Source of the DNA: Deltaproteobacteria bacterium
GTDB taxonomy: Bacteria; Desulfobacterota_D; UBA1144; Nemesobacterales; UBA2774
Direction: 5' to 3'
NCBI GenBank assembly: GCA_029262275.1
Contig: JAJCZS010000007.1
Coordinates: 58,785-122,784 of the forward strand
DNA: 64,000 nt
In this document: piece after piece, positions 1 through 7,564 of the stretch
Position numbering within the stretch: position 1 is the first letter of the stretch
Layout: the number at the start of each line of letters is the position of its first letter
Translations under genes and position numbers: made by a program
Notes under the pieces: generated by a model
Seen by the model: only the letters and a program-made list of their open reading frames with translations
Database searches by the model: none
What the model was told of the DNA's origin: nothing

Positions 1-2
1 GC

Positions 3-575
3 GAGACTGGAGTAATTTCAATTAATCTTGGCGAGGATATAGTGGGAACTTGTAACTCAGTGGGAAGGCCGGTGAAAAATGTAGTGGTTAAGATTTTTGA
101 TGAGCATAGAAAAGAGCTAGGTACAGATGAAGTAGGGGAAATTGTGGTTAAAAGCCTCTCTATGACAACTACTGGGTATTTCGGATTACCTGAGGAGACA
201 AAAGAGGTTTTTAAAGACGGATATTATTTCACTGGGGATCTTGGAAGAATTGACCAGGAAGGGTTTATATATATTGTAGGGCGCAAAAAGCTCTTTATAA
301 ATATAAGTGGGAATAAAGTTGACCCGGTTGAAGTTGAAAATGCGCTGCTTGAGCACAAGAAGGTTAAAGAAGCGGTAGTTTTGGGCATAGTGGATGATCA
401 GGGGCTAGAGAGGGTGAAGGCAGTTATCGTGCCTGATGGGCAGATCCAAAAAAAAGATATATTAGAATATTGTCGGGACAGAATTGCCGAGTTTAAGATT
501 CCCCGTGATATTGAATTTCGAGATGAGCTTCCCAGAAGTCCTACTGGCAAAGTTCTTAGAGAAGAATTAAAATAA
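3..575 (+). CDS. C-terminal part of an AMP-dependent acyl-CoA/acyl-ACP synthetase (gene begins upstream of the window)
   Basis: Open frame from window edge. The translation (…GRKKLFINISGNKVDPVEVENALLEH…IPRDIEFRDELPRSPTGKVLR) matches the C-terminal AMP-binding-enzyme subdomain, including its conserved lysine. It is followed immediately by an ACP gene. Confidence 0.6.
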   Translation, partial: ETGVISINLGEDIVGTCNSVGRPVKNVVVKIFDEHRKELGTDEVGEIVVKSLSMTTTGYFGLPEETKEVFKDGYYFTGDLGRIDQEGFIYIVGRKKLFINISGNKVDPVEVENALLEHKKVKEAVVLGIVDDQGLERVKAVIVPDGQIQKKDILEYCRDRIAEFKIPRDIEFRDELPRSPTGKVLREELK

Positions 576-605
576 TTTTAATCTCATACATACACGATTA
601 AACAA

Positions 606-851
606 ATGACAGTAGAAGAAAGAGTAAAAAAAGTTTTAATAGAGAATGCTCTTAAGGATGTAGATCCAAAGGAGCTCAACCAAGAGTCTCTTCTTCTTGA
701 TTACGGAGTTGGTCTTGATTCGGTTGCCACTCTAGAATTGGTGGTTGCTTTAGAAGAAGAATTTAAAATCCGTATAGATGAGAATGATATTACGCCTGAA
801 ACCCTTGAGACTATAGAGAGTATCTCGCGTCATATAACACAGCTGATTTAA
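606..851 (+). CDS. acyl carrier protein (81 aa)
   Basis: Small acidic 4-helix protein with the phosphopantetheine attachment motif (LDYGVGLDSVATLELVVALEEEF). It lies 30 nt downstream of the ligase gene. Confidence 0.6.
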   Translation: MTVEERVKKVLIENALKDVDPKELNQESLLLDYGVGLDSVATLELVVALEEEFKIRIDENDITPETLETIESISRHITQLI

Positions 852-857
852 AACTAT

Positions 858-1577
858 TTACTCTTCTGACAGGCCTTTATCTTTTAGATATTGGTCTATG
901 GAGCTTGTAAATTCTTTTCTAACACGCTCGCTTGCTCTGCCTATAGGCTGAATTACTGCTTTTTCATAGAACTCCGCAGCCGTGGCCTCGAGTTTATTAT
1001 CCCCTGTAGTGCGCGCCATTCTTAATACTGCAATTGAGTTATAAAATATGGCTTTAAAAAGCGCCTCCCTCGCGTCATTTACATTAAACTCTTCAAGCGC
1101 TTTCTGTGCTTCTATAAGTGCATAGAACCCCACACCGCAAAAAAGAGTCAGAAGTTTCTTTGATTCATCAGGGGACATCCCCTCGATTAAATAAACCAAA
1201 GGCGCCTCCACAATTGATTCTAATTCTTTTTCACTTGTAATTATGTGCGCCAGTTCTTGTACCTTGTCACCTTTAGCATTATCTAGAAGGTCCTTCAGCG
1301 CTCCCTGAACGTATTGAAGTGCGAAACTGTCTCTTATTTCATCGGTGCTAAGTCCCTCAGATTTTAGGGCCTTTATTTGTGCAAGCTTATCTATTGTTTT
1401 CTCAGGGAAAAGTAGTGTTGTCTTAGTTTGCCCCGGCTCTTTTGATCTCTTTCTTTTAGGCTTGGGTATTAAACCTAATTTGGCAGAAAGTTTTATTGTT
1501 TTCTCTGGATCTTTCCCGAGCTCTATTTTTCTTTTCTTAGCTTCTTTAATAATGTCTTCAATCGAAATATAAGTCAT
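858..1577 (-). CDS. hypothetical protein (239 aa), possibly MerR-like HTH at the N-terminus
   Basis: Long ORF convergent with the ACP gene. The N-terminal segment loosely resembles the MerR HTH plus coupling helix (…KLGLIP.P.R…EGLSTDEIRD). No firm family assignment. Confidence 0.3.
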   Translation of the reverse strand: MTYISIEDIIKEAKKRKIELGKDPEKTIKLSAKLGLIPKPKRKRSKEPGQTKTTLLFPEKTIDKLAQIKALKSEGLSTDEIRDSFALQYVQGALKDLLDNAKGDKVQELAHIITSEKELESIVEAPLVYLIEGMSPDESKKLLTLFCGVGFYALIEAQKALEEFNVNDAREALFKAIFYNSIAVLRMARTTGDNKLEATAAEFYEKAVIQPIGRASERVRKEFTSSIDQYLKDKGLSEE

Positions 1578-1653
1578 AAGATGATATTACGCTGGTTCTA
1601 AAGCCCTTGTCAAACAAAATGGTTCAAACTTAATACATCTAATTGATTTTAGA

Positions 1654-2439
1654 GTGCGTTTGGTTTATTACTTTACTATGGCTATAAGCAGTATTCTTAT
1701 ATATGAACCTATCGACAGTTTTAGAGATAAGGCGAATTACTGGAAAGAGTATGCCCACTTCTATGAACAGTACTGGGGAGGGCCTACCTCACCGTTGGGC
1801 GTTTGGTTTGGAAACGAGTATGAAGCTTTTAGAGAGTCCCTATCTAAGCATTTAGGAATGGATAAAGAAGAAATTGAGGACTGCTATTTTATGAAGGATA
1901 AAGAAGGCAAGTATTATGTTGCTCCAATGTATTCTAAATCCAATTCATCACACTCTGAGAATATTATTCCACTTGATTGGTTTTTGCTTTTTAGTGAAGA
2001 AGATAGAAAATCCCTCTATACCCATTGGGGCTTTAACGCCGTTCATTATGATACAAGGATTGAAACTGCGCTTGGTAGAGTAGATCAGGCTATGCAAATT
2101 TTATCAGGCTCTTTTGAAAATAACGAAGGTAACAAGTTGAAATCACTATTTGCTGATAATTTAACCATAATGACCCATAGTTTGAGCGATCTGCAAACAT
2201 GGTTTTCCGGATTTGACCCAAGTGGTTTTATAGTTCTTAACTACGGAGATATCTGCTCCTTTATTCATCCCTCTACGCTAAAGAATGAGAAGTCTGTGGG
2301 GGAGATGTGGGAAATTCTCAATTTATTGAGTAAAAACCAACTCGAAGAAGCTTCTTCTGCCCTTAGAATTTTATTTCAAAAGTGGGAAGAAATAAGGGCT
2401 AAAGCCTCGGGTGATGTAGACAAATCCATCCTTCAATAG
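1654..2439 (+). CDS. hypothetical protein (261 aa)
   Basis: Long ORF divergent from the 858-1577 gene. No recognisable motif. The start may be the internal Met near 1681. Confidence 0.3.
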   Translation: MRLVYYFTMAISSILIYEPIDSFRDKANYWKEYAHFYEQYWGGPTSPLGVWFGNEYEAFRESLSKHLGMDKEEIEDCYFMKDKEGKYYVAPMYSKSNSSHSENIIPLDWFLLFSEEDRKSLYTHWGFNAVHYDTRIETALGRVDQAMQILSGSFENNEGNKLKSLFADNLTIMTHSLSDLQTWFSGFDPSGFIVLNYGDICSFIHPSTLKNEKSVGEMWEILNLLSKNQLEEASSALRILFQKWEEIRAKASGDVDKSILQ

Positions 2440-2685
2440 GCGATTTTTCCCTAATATCTTAGTTTTTCTCATCAATATCCCATAATATTTTTTCTATTCC
2501 ATCATTTTGTTGCAATTGTAACACCTTGATATTATTGCAAATTATTTCTGGGCGAATATTTATTTAAGTTTTTTACTTAAATCTGAAACCAAATCTTAAC
2601 CGTAGTAGTTTATATGAATAACACCAAGTTTACGTAAATGCATCAAATAGACGAAATACTACATCTAATTTAGAAGGAGAGGAAA

Positions 2686-3939
2686 ATGCTAAAAAACCCA
2701 GAATATAGTCAAGCATTTGATGGTTACGACAATGAACAAGTTGAAACCCAAGCTGCTGAGCCGGTTAGAGAAGAGTTTGCTAGTGAGGAGCTTGAAGAAG
2801 TAGAGGAATATTATGAGGAAGAAGATTTAGATACAAAACCTGTCAAAGTAGAAAAAAAGAAGCCCGAAAAGGAAGTTGATATTACTAACCATGACCTGAG
2901 GTTGGTTAACGCATACTTCCAAGAAGTAAGCACAGAGCCTTTGCTAACTCCACAGGAGGAATCGCTGGTGGCGGCTAAAATAAAAGCCTGTGAGACAAAA
3001 GCAAAGGAAATAAAAACGATTCTAGAGAAAACATTAGGTAGTGGACTCGAGCAAGAACCAGAGAACCTCGAGTCTCAGGTTAACATTGTTCTAGAATTAA
3101 ATGCTGTCCCGTCAAAAAAGGGTGACCGGACTCTTGATGTTAAAGAGAAAGCTCGCCTAAGAACTTTGGTTCAAGTATATAAAGCAACTAAAAACAAGGG
3201 GATGCAGCTTAGAAATAGGTTTGTTAAATCCAACCTTAGACTTGTTGCAAGTATGGCGAAGAGATATGCCGGACGGGGCATTCCATTTTTGGATCTTATT
3301 CAAGAGGGAAACCTTGGGCTTATTAAAGCTGTTGAAAGGTTTGATTACTCCAAGGGATACAGATTTTCAACATATGCCTGTTGGTGGATTAATCAGGCCA
3401 TGACAAGAGGAGTCTTTAACCAGACTCGTACTGTTAAAATGCCGGCTTATCTATTAGAGAAAGCAGGTAAGGTGAGGCATGTGAAGAGGGTTCTTACGGA
3501 AGAGAATAAAAGAGAGCCCATGGCTGAAGAGATTGCAGAGAAGGCGCAGATGAGTGTTGAGAATGTTAAAAGAATTCTTGAGTCAAGTGGTAATAGGGTA
3601 GTGCGCCTGGATACTCCAGTTTATGACGGAGAGAAAGCCACATATCTAGACTACGTAGAAGATTCAGGCTCAATGGTAGTGGATAGTATGATTGCCGAGA
3701 TCTCAATACCAGGCAATATCAACACCGCTCTTCTTAGGCTTACTGAGCGCGAGAGAGATGTTGTAAAGATGCGCTTTGGTATAGGCTATGAAAACTCCTA
3801 TACACTCGATGAGATAGGTAAAAAGTTCAAACTAACTAGAGAAAGAATTAGACAGATAGAAAAGAAGGCGCTTGAGAGAATCAAAAGGTCAAAATCAGCT
3901 CCAGTATTAAGGAGTCTGATGGATGTTTATAATCATTAA
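2686..3939 (+). CDS. RNA polymerase sigma-70 family factor, RpoD/RpoS-like (417 aa) with acidic N-terminus
   Basis: Contains region 1.2 (DLRLVNAYFQEV). Region 2 (DLIQEGNLGLIKAVERFDYSKGYRFSTYACWWINQAMTR) deviates from the strict group-1 rpoD box, so a group-2 factor is possible. Regions 3 and 4 are present, with the region 4 HTH at LDEIGKKFKLTRERIRQIEKKAL. A strong SD (GGAGAGG) precedes the ATG. Confidence 0.85.
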   Translation: MLKNPEYSQAFDGYDNEQVETQAAEPVREEFASEELEEVEEYYEEEDLDTKPVKVEKKKPEKEVDITNHDLRLVNAYFQEVSTEPLLTPQEESLVAAKIKACETKAKEIKTILEKTLGSGLEQEPENLESQVNIVLELNAVPSKKGDRTLDVKEKARLRTLVQVYKATKNKGMQLRNRFVKSNLRLVASMAKRYAGRGIPFLDLIQEGNLGLIKAVERFDYSKGYRFSTYACWWINQAMTRGVFNQTRTVKMPAYLLEKAGKVRHVKRVLTEENKREPMAEEIAEKAQMSVENVKRILESSGNRVVRLDTPVYDGEKATYLDYVEDSGSMVVDSMIAEISIPGNINTALLRLTERERDVVKMRFGIGYENSYTLDEIGKKFKLTRERIRQIEKKALERIKRSKSAPVLRSLMDVYNH

Positions 3940-3975
3940 TTAATATTTATTAATTGTATTAGATTCGCCATCTGC

Positions 3976-4004
3976 AAAAAAGGGAGCCTAGGCTCCCTTT
4001 TTTG
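3976..4004. terminator. bidirectional rho-independent terminator between the convergent sigma-factor and IPTL-CTERM genes
   Basis: An A-run is followed by the perfect hairpin GGGAGCC-TA-GGCTCCC and then a T-run (aaaaaagggagcctaggctcccttttttg). Confidence 0.65.
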
Positions 4005-4029
4005 TTATTATATTAGTGTTTGTTAAAAT

Positions 4030-4392
4030 TTAAGCAGTGGCTCTTCTTTTTCGAATAACCATAATAAAACCTATTAATCCTAATGCGCCAGCCATAGCTA
4101 TAAGACCCCATTCTGATAGTGTTGGAACATTTCTTGATGTCACTATGCATTGTCCGGCAGATTCTTCACAAATAGCACCAGGCACTATATTCTGGACTGA
4201 ACATGTCATCCCTGGTACTCCTGGAGGTGGTTGCACAATATCCATACAACCATCATCGAACTGACAACATGAGGGGCCACCGGGCAGCGGGTTAAAACCT
4301 GCATTTCCCTCTTCAGGTAAAGCTAAAAATACGAAACTAACAATAAGGAATGATACTACAAACATAGATATACTTTTTCTATTTATTATCAT
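4030..4392 (-). CDS. small secreted Cys-rich protein with C-terminal IPTL-CTERM sorting signal (120 aa)
   Basis: N-terminal signal peptide and a 7-Cys mature region. The C-terminus reads VPTLSEWGLIAMAGALGLIGFIMVIRKRR: an IPTL-like motif, a TM helix and a basic cluster. This is the architecture of the IPTL-CTERM (exosortase-type) sorting domain. Confidence 0.5.
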   Translation of the reverse strand: MIINRKSISMFVVSFLIVSFVFLALPEEGNAGFNPLPGGPSCCQFDDGCMDIVQPPPGVPGMTCSVQNIVPGAICEESAGQCIVTSRNVPTLSEWGLIAMAGALGLIGFIMVIRKRRATA

Positions 4393-4558
4393 CTTCCCTC
4401 CTTCTTTAAGTTTTTTTTATTATATCACATTGCTGTATATACATACTAGTTTAAATATCAATATGTTGGATTTAGCGATATAAGACGAATATAAAGTCTT
4501 TGATTTATCTCTACAGGGTTTTAATTAATTGTGTATGTTATGAGTTGTAGAAGCCCAG

Positions 4559-5215
4559 ATGAAACCTGAAAACATACATAAAATAGTTAAAGTGTTATCT
4601 AGAGAGTCTCCTAAATGGGATGTGCCTATTGTCACACTTGTTGCTGAAACTTCCAAGGACCCCTTCAAAGTATTAATTTCGACAGTACTCAGCCTAAGAA
4701 CCAAGGATGAAACTACAGCTGTAGCATCAAGGCGTCTGTTTAAGCTTGCCGACAATCCCGAGGATATGCTCAAACTCAGCGAAAAACAGATTATAGATGC
4801 AATATATCCAGTTGGCTTCTATAAAACTAAAGCGAAAAATATTAAATCGATCTGTACTGATCTGATTACTAAATATGATTCCAAAGTGCCGGACGATATA
4901 GATGAGCTCTTAAAGTTTGGTGGGGTAGGGCGTAAGACGGCTAATTTAGTTGTGACTCTTGGATATAATAAGCCTGGGATTTGTGTGGACACACACGTTC
5001 ACAGAATCTCAAACCGCTTTGGATATATAAAAACAAAAACACCAGATGAAACCGAAATGGTTCTTAGAAAGAAATTGCCGACGGAGTATTGGATAGACTA
5101 CAACAGCCTTCTGGTGGCTTTTGGTCAGCATCTGTGCCGGCCAATTTCCCCTAAATGCTCCCAGTGTCCTGTGGAAAAATACTGCGATCGAGTGGGCGTT
5201 GGTAAAAGCAGATAA
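4559..5215 (+). CDS. nth: endonuclease III (DNA glycosylase/AP lyase)
   Basis: HhH-GPD domain with the catalytic-Lys motif (LLKFGGVGRKTANLVV) and Asp in VDTHVHR. A C-terminal [4Fe-4S] loop is present (C-x6-C-x2-C-x5-C: CRPISPKCSQCPVEKYC). Collinear with E. coli Nth over the whole length. Confidence 0.85.
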   Translation: MKPENIHKIVKVLSRESPKWDVPIVTLVAETSKDPFKVLISTVLSLRTKDETTAVASRRLFKLADNPEDMLKLSEKQIIDAIYPVGFYKTKAKNIKSICTDLITKYDSKVPDDIDELLKFGGVGRKTANLVVTLGYNKPGICVDTHVHRISNRFGYIKTKTPDETEMVLRKKLPTEYWIDYNSLLVAFGQHLCRPISPKCSQCPVEKYCDRVGVGKSR

Positions 5216-5241
5216 GTAGAAAGTTTTCAGTGTACTGTAAA

Positions 5242-5706
5242 TCAAGAATTCATTGGAAAGTTGAGAGGGTCACTTTTATATTCATTGCCCAATTCATCTC
5301 TGAAAAAACCTGCTATTTTTATATCATTAGCGATGTTCCGCTGATGAAATTCTTCACGTAACATATTATAAGGAATAAATGCTGATATGCTATGCCCAGG
5401 CTTTAATAAATGAGGAAGGGGATGTAAAGAGTATTGATTCATGTAAGGAAAGATTAATTGTCCATTAATACCTTCAACATAAAAACCATAACTAGAAATT
5501 ATCACCTCTCGATTTATAGAATGGTTCTGCGCTGTTGTCATTATATTATGAGTGGGTTGAGCAAATTGACCTACAGGAAATGACCAAGAAAGTTTAATTT
5601 TGATATTTAATCTATCTTTAAACCATGCTGCATATGAAGAAACAATAGCAGCATAAATAGCTACAGCAATTGTAAAACAACCAATCACTAATTCATATTT
5701 ATTCAT
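5242..5706 (-). CDS. hypothetical membrane-anchored protein (154 aa)
   Basis: One N-terminal TM helix (LVIGCFTIAVAIYAAIVSSYAAWF) followed by a ~120-aa soluble domain with no recognised motif. It sits 24 nt downstream of the DUF2971-like gene in a visibly AT-rich segment. Confidence 0.35.
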   Translation of the reverse strand: MNKYELVIGCFTIAVAIYAAIVSSYAAWFKDRLNIKIKLSWSFPVGQFAQPTHNIMTTAQNHSINREVIISSYGFYVEGINGQLIFPYMNQYSLHPLPHLLKPGHSISAFIPYNMLREEFHQRNIANDIKIAGFFRDELGNEYKSDPLNFPMNS

Positions 5707-5730
5707 ATGTTTCTCTTATGATCTATCTCA

Positions 5731-6585
5731 TTACCACCCACGATATGGAATGTTTGAATTACTAAAAAGACTACAGTCTATTTTCTTAGATAGTAATAGC
5801 GACCGTACTGAAAAAAGTGATAAATCTGCATGCGGTGTTGGGCCTATTATCAAATCAGCAATTTTTACTTTACCCTTACCTTTTACTATATTGAAAGTCA
5901 TATAAGGTGTAATCATTGATTTAACTGATCTATATAAGAATTTGTTATTACTATCAGAAAAAAATAATGGAGAAACTAATCTCCATTCCCTCTCTTCAGA
6001 AAAAGAAGGATGCTTCAATAATGGTGCTATTGATTCCACAAATTTGAAAGCATAGCGAATAATAAGTTGTGATGTTTCTTGCGGTGGAGAATTGTCTGAA
6101 TCATTTTTAGCACACGTATCTATCAGATCTGTTATAAATTCATTTACAATTTCGGTCTGTTCGTGCTCATTGTATATACAAGGAACTAATTTGAACTTTT
6201 GTTCACGAATTAGAGGTTTTAAATAATTGTTTTCAAACCCGATACTATATCCAGCAGCATTATCTGTGTATCCTCTCCATTGACTTAGTAAGTCACCATT
6301 CTCAGAAAAAGATGTAATAAATGTATGTGAGTATTCCGATCCTTCTAAACGGTTAAGTAAACTATTTGCGTATCCATTACGTTTATCCTTAATAGTATAA
6401 TACTGATTTATTTGATTTTTGAGTAGTTCAAGTCCATATACAAATTCATATGAGTCGTTTAGATACCTTATGTGTGTAGACCATATTGATTTAGAGCTCA
6501 GTATCCCTATAAGTCCATCATGGGTAGTGTAATGATAAATAATATGTGATGGTTGGCGATTCAGAATTTCGTCAAGTATCTTCAT
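5731..6585 (-). CDS. DUF2971-family protein (284 aa)
   Basis: The N-terminal block IIYHYTTHDGLIGILSSKSIWSTHIRYLNDSYEF and the later FITSFSENGDLLSQWRGYTDNAAGYSIGF match the DUF2971 signature (YxYt…L.SIL.s..lw.s….NDp.E … vlSfs….MW..Y.dnh.G.ciEF). The gene is AT-rich. Confidence 0.45.
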   Translation of the reverse strand: MKILDEILNRQPSHIIYHYTTHDGLIGILSSKSIWSTHIRYLNDSYEFVYGLELLKNQINQYYTIKDKRNGYANSLLNRLEGSEYSHTFITSFSENGDLLSQWRGYTDNAAGYSIGFENNYLKPLIREQKFKLVPCIYNEHEQTEIVNEFITDLIDTCAKNDSDNSPPQETSQLIIRYAFKFVESIAPLLKHPSFSEEREWRLVSPLFFSDSNNKFLYRSVKSMITPYMTFNIVKGKGKVKIADLIIGPTPHADLSLFSVRSLLLSKKIDCSLFSNSNIPYRGW

Positions 6586-6741
6586 TTTTATAAGATACCT
6601 TATATGCTGTAATTTTATATTATTTCGATCAAATTATCTCATACTCATAAGATTCTTTAGTTCATAGTTTGACTATCTTTTCATTCCAAATATACTTCAT
6701 AGTCCTAAGAATAATTACTCTATCAGGAGGACTTTACAAGC

Positions 6742-7251
6742 TTGGAAACTGTAGTGTTTTATGTATTTGCGGCACTTGCTTTGGCTGGTGCGCTAATGGT
6801 TATTTCGTTTAAAAACCCTGTGTCTAGCGCCCTTTCTCTAGTCCTCACGCTATTTTCAACCGCGGTGCTCTTTATTCTACTTCTTGCTCACTTCATAGCT
6901 GCTGTACAGATACTTGTGTACGCGGGGGCTATTATGATTTTGTTCCTTTTCACTGTGATGTTCTTAAACTTGAAACCAGGAGCACTAAAATTTGAATCAA
7001 CAAATTTGGGTTTTAAAGTCAGCATTTTGCTTGTGATCCTGTTATTTGTAGGCTATTTTGCAAGCTTAGGTTTTAGAAAAGGGATACTTGTACGGGACCT
7101 TGGTGTATCTGAAATGGATGGTTTTGGCAGTATACAAGGTGTGGGTACAACTTTATTCACGGAGTATTTACTTCCGTTTGAGCTTACATCTGTGCTGATA
7201 TTAGTTGCAATAATAGGTGTTGTAGTAATAGCAAAAAAGAGGTCTAGCTAA
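6742..7251 (+). CDS. nuoJ: NADH-quinone oxidoreductase subunit J
   Basis: Five-TM hydrophobic 169-aa protein. TTG start with AGGAGG 11 nt upstream. It lies directly upstream of nuoK and nuoL. Confidence 0.7.
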   Translation: METVVFYVFAALALAGALMVISFKNPVSSALSLVLTLFSTAVLFILLLAHFIAAVQILVYAGAIMILFLFTVMFLNLKPGALKFESTNLGFKVSILLVILLFVGYFASLGFRKGILVRDLGVSEMDGFGSIQGVGTTLFTEYLLPFELTSVLILVAIIGVVVIAKKRSS

Positions 7252-7252
7252 G

Positions 7253-7558
7253 TTGGAAATAACAACAGAACACTATTTGGTTTTAAGCGCGCTTCTTTTT
7301 GTAATAGGCGCATATGGAGTGATTGTCAGAAGAAATCTGATAATAGTTCTAATGTGTCTGGAGCTCATGCTCAACTCTGCAAACCTTGCTTTCGTAGCGT
7401 TCTCGAGGGCTTTGGGTGATATGACAGGGCAGGTGTTTATGATCATGTCAATCACAGTTGCAGCAGCCGAGGTAGCTGTGGGGCTCGCGCTACTAGTTGC
7501 CATATATTCACATAGAGAAAGTCTTGATATCGACATCTTAAAGCTTCTTAAGGGATAA
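7253..7558 (+). CDS. nuoK: NADH-quinone oxidoreductase subunit K
   Basis: 101 aa with 3 TM helices and the conserved NuoK/ND4L motif (…VRRNLIIVLMCLELMLNSANLAFVAF…). Confidence 0.8.
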   Translation: MEITTEHYLVLSALLFVIGAYGVIVRRNLIIVLMCLELMLNSANLAFVAFSRALGDMTGQVFMIMSITVAAAEVAVGLALLVAIYSHRESLDIDILKLLKG

Positions 7559-7564
7559 TTTGAA

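Noticed and set aside
1345-1572. 75-aa plus-strand ORF inside the 858-1577 minus-strand gene
   Set aside because: Antisense to a longer ORF, low-complexity Ser/Phe/Leu composition, no SD.
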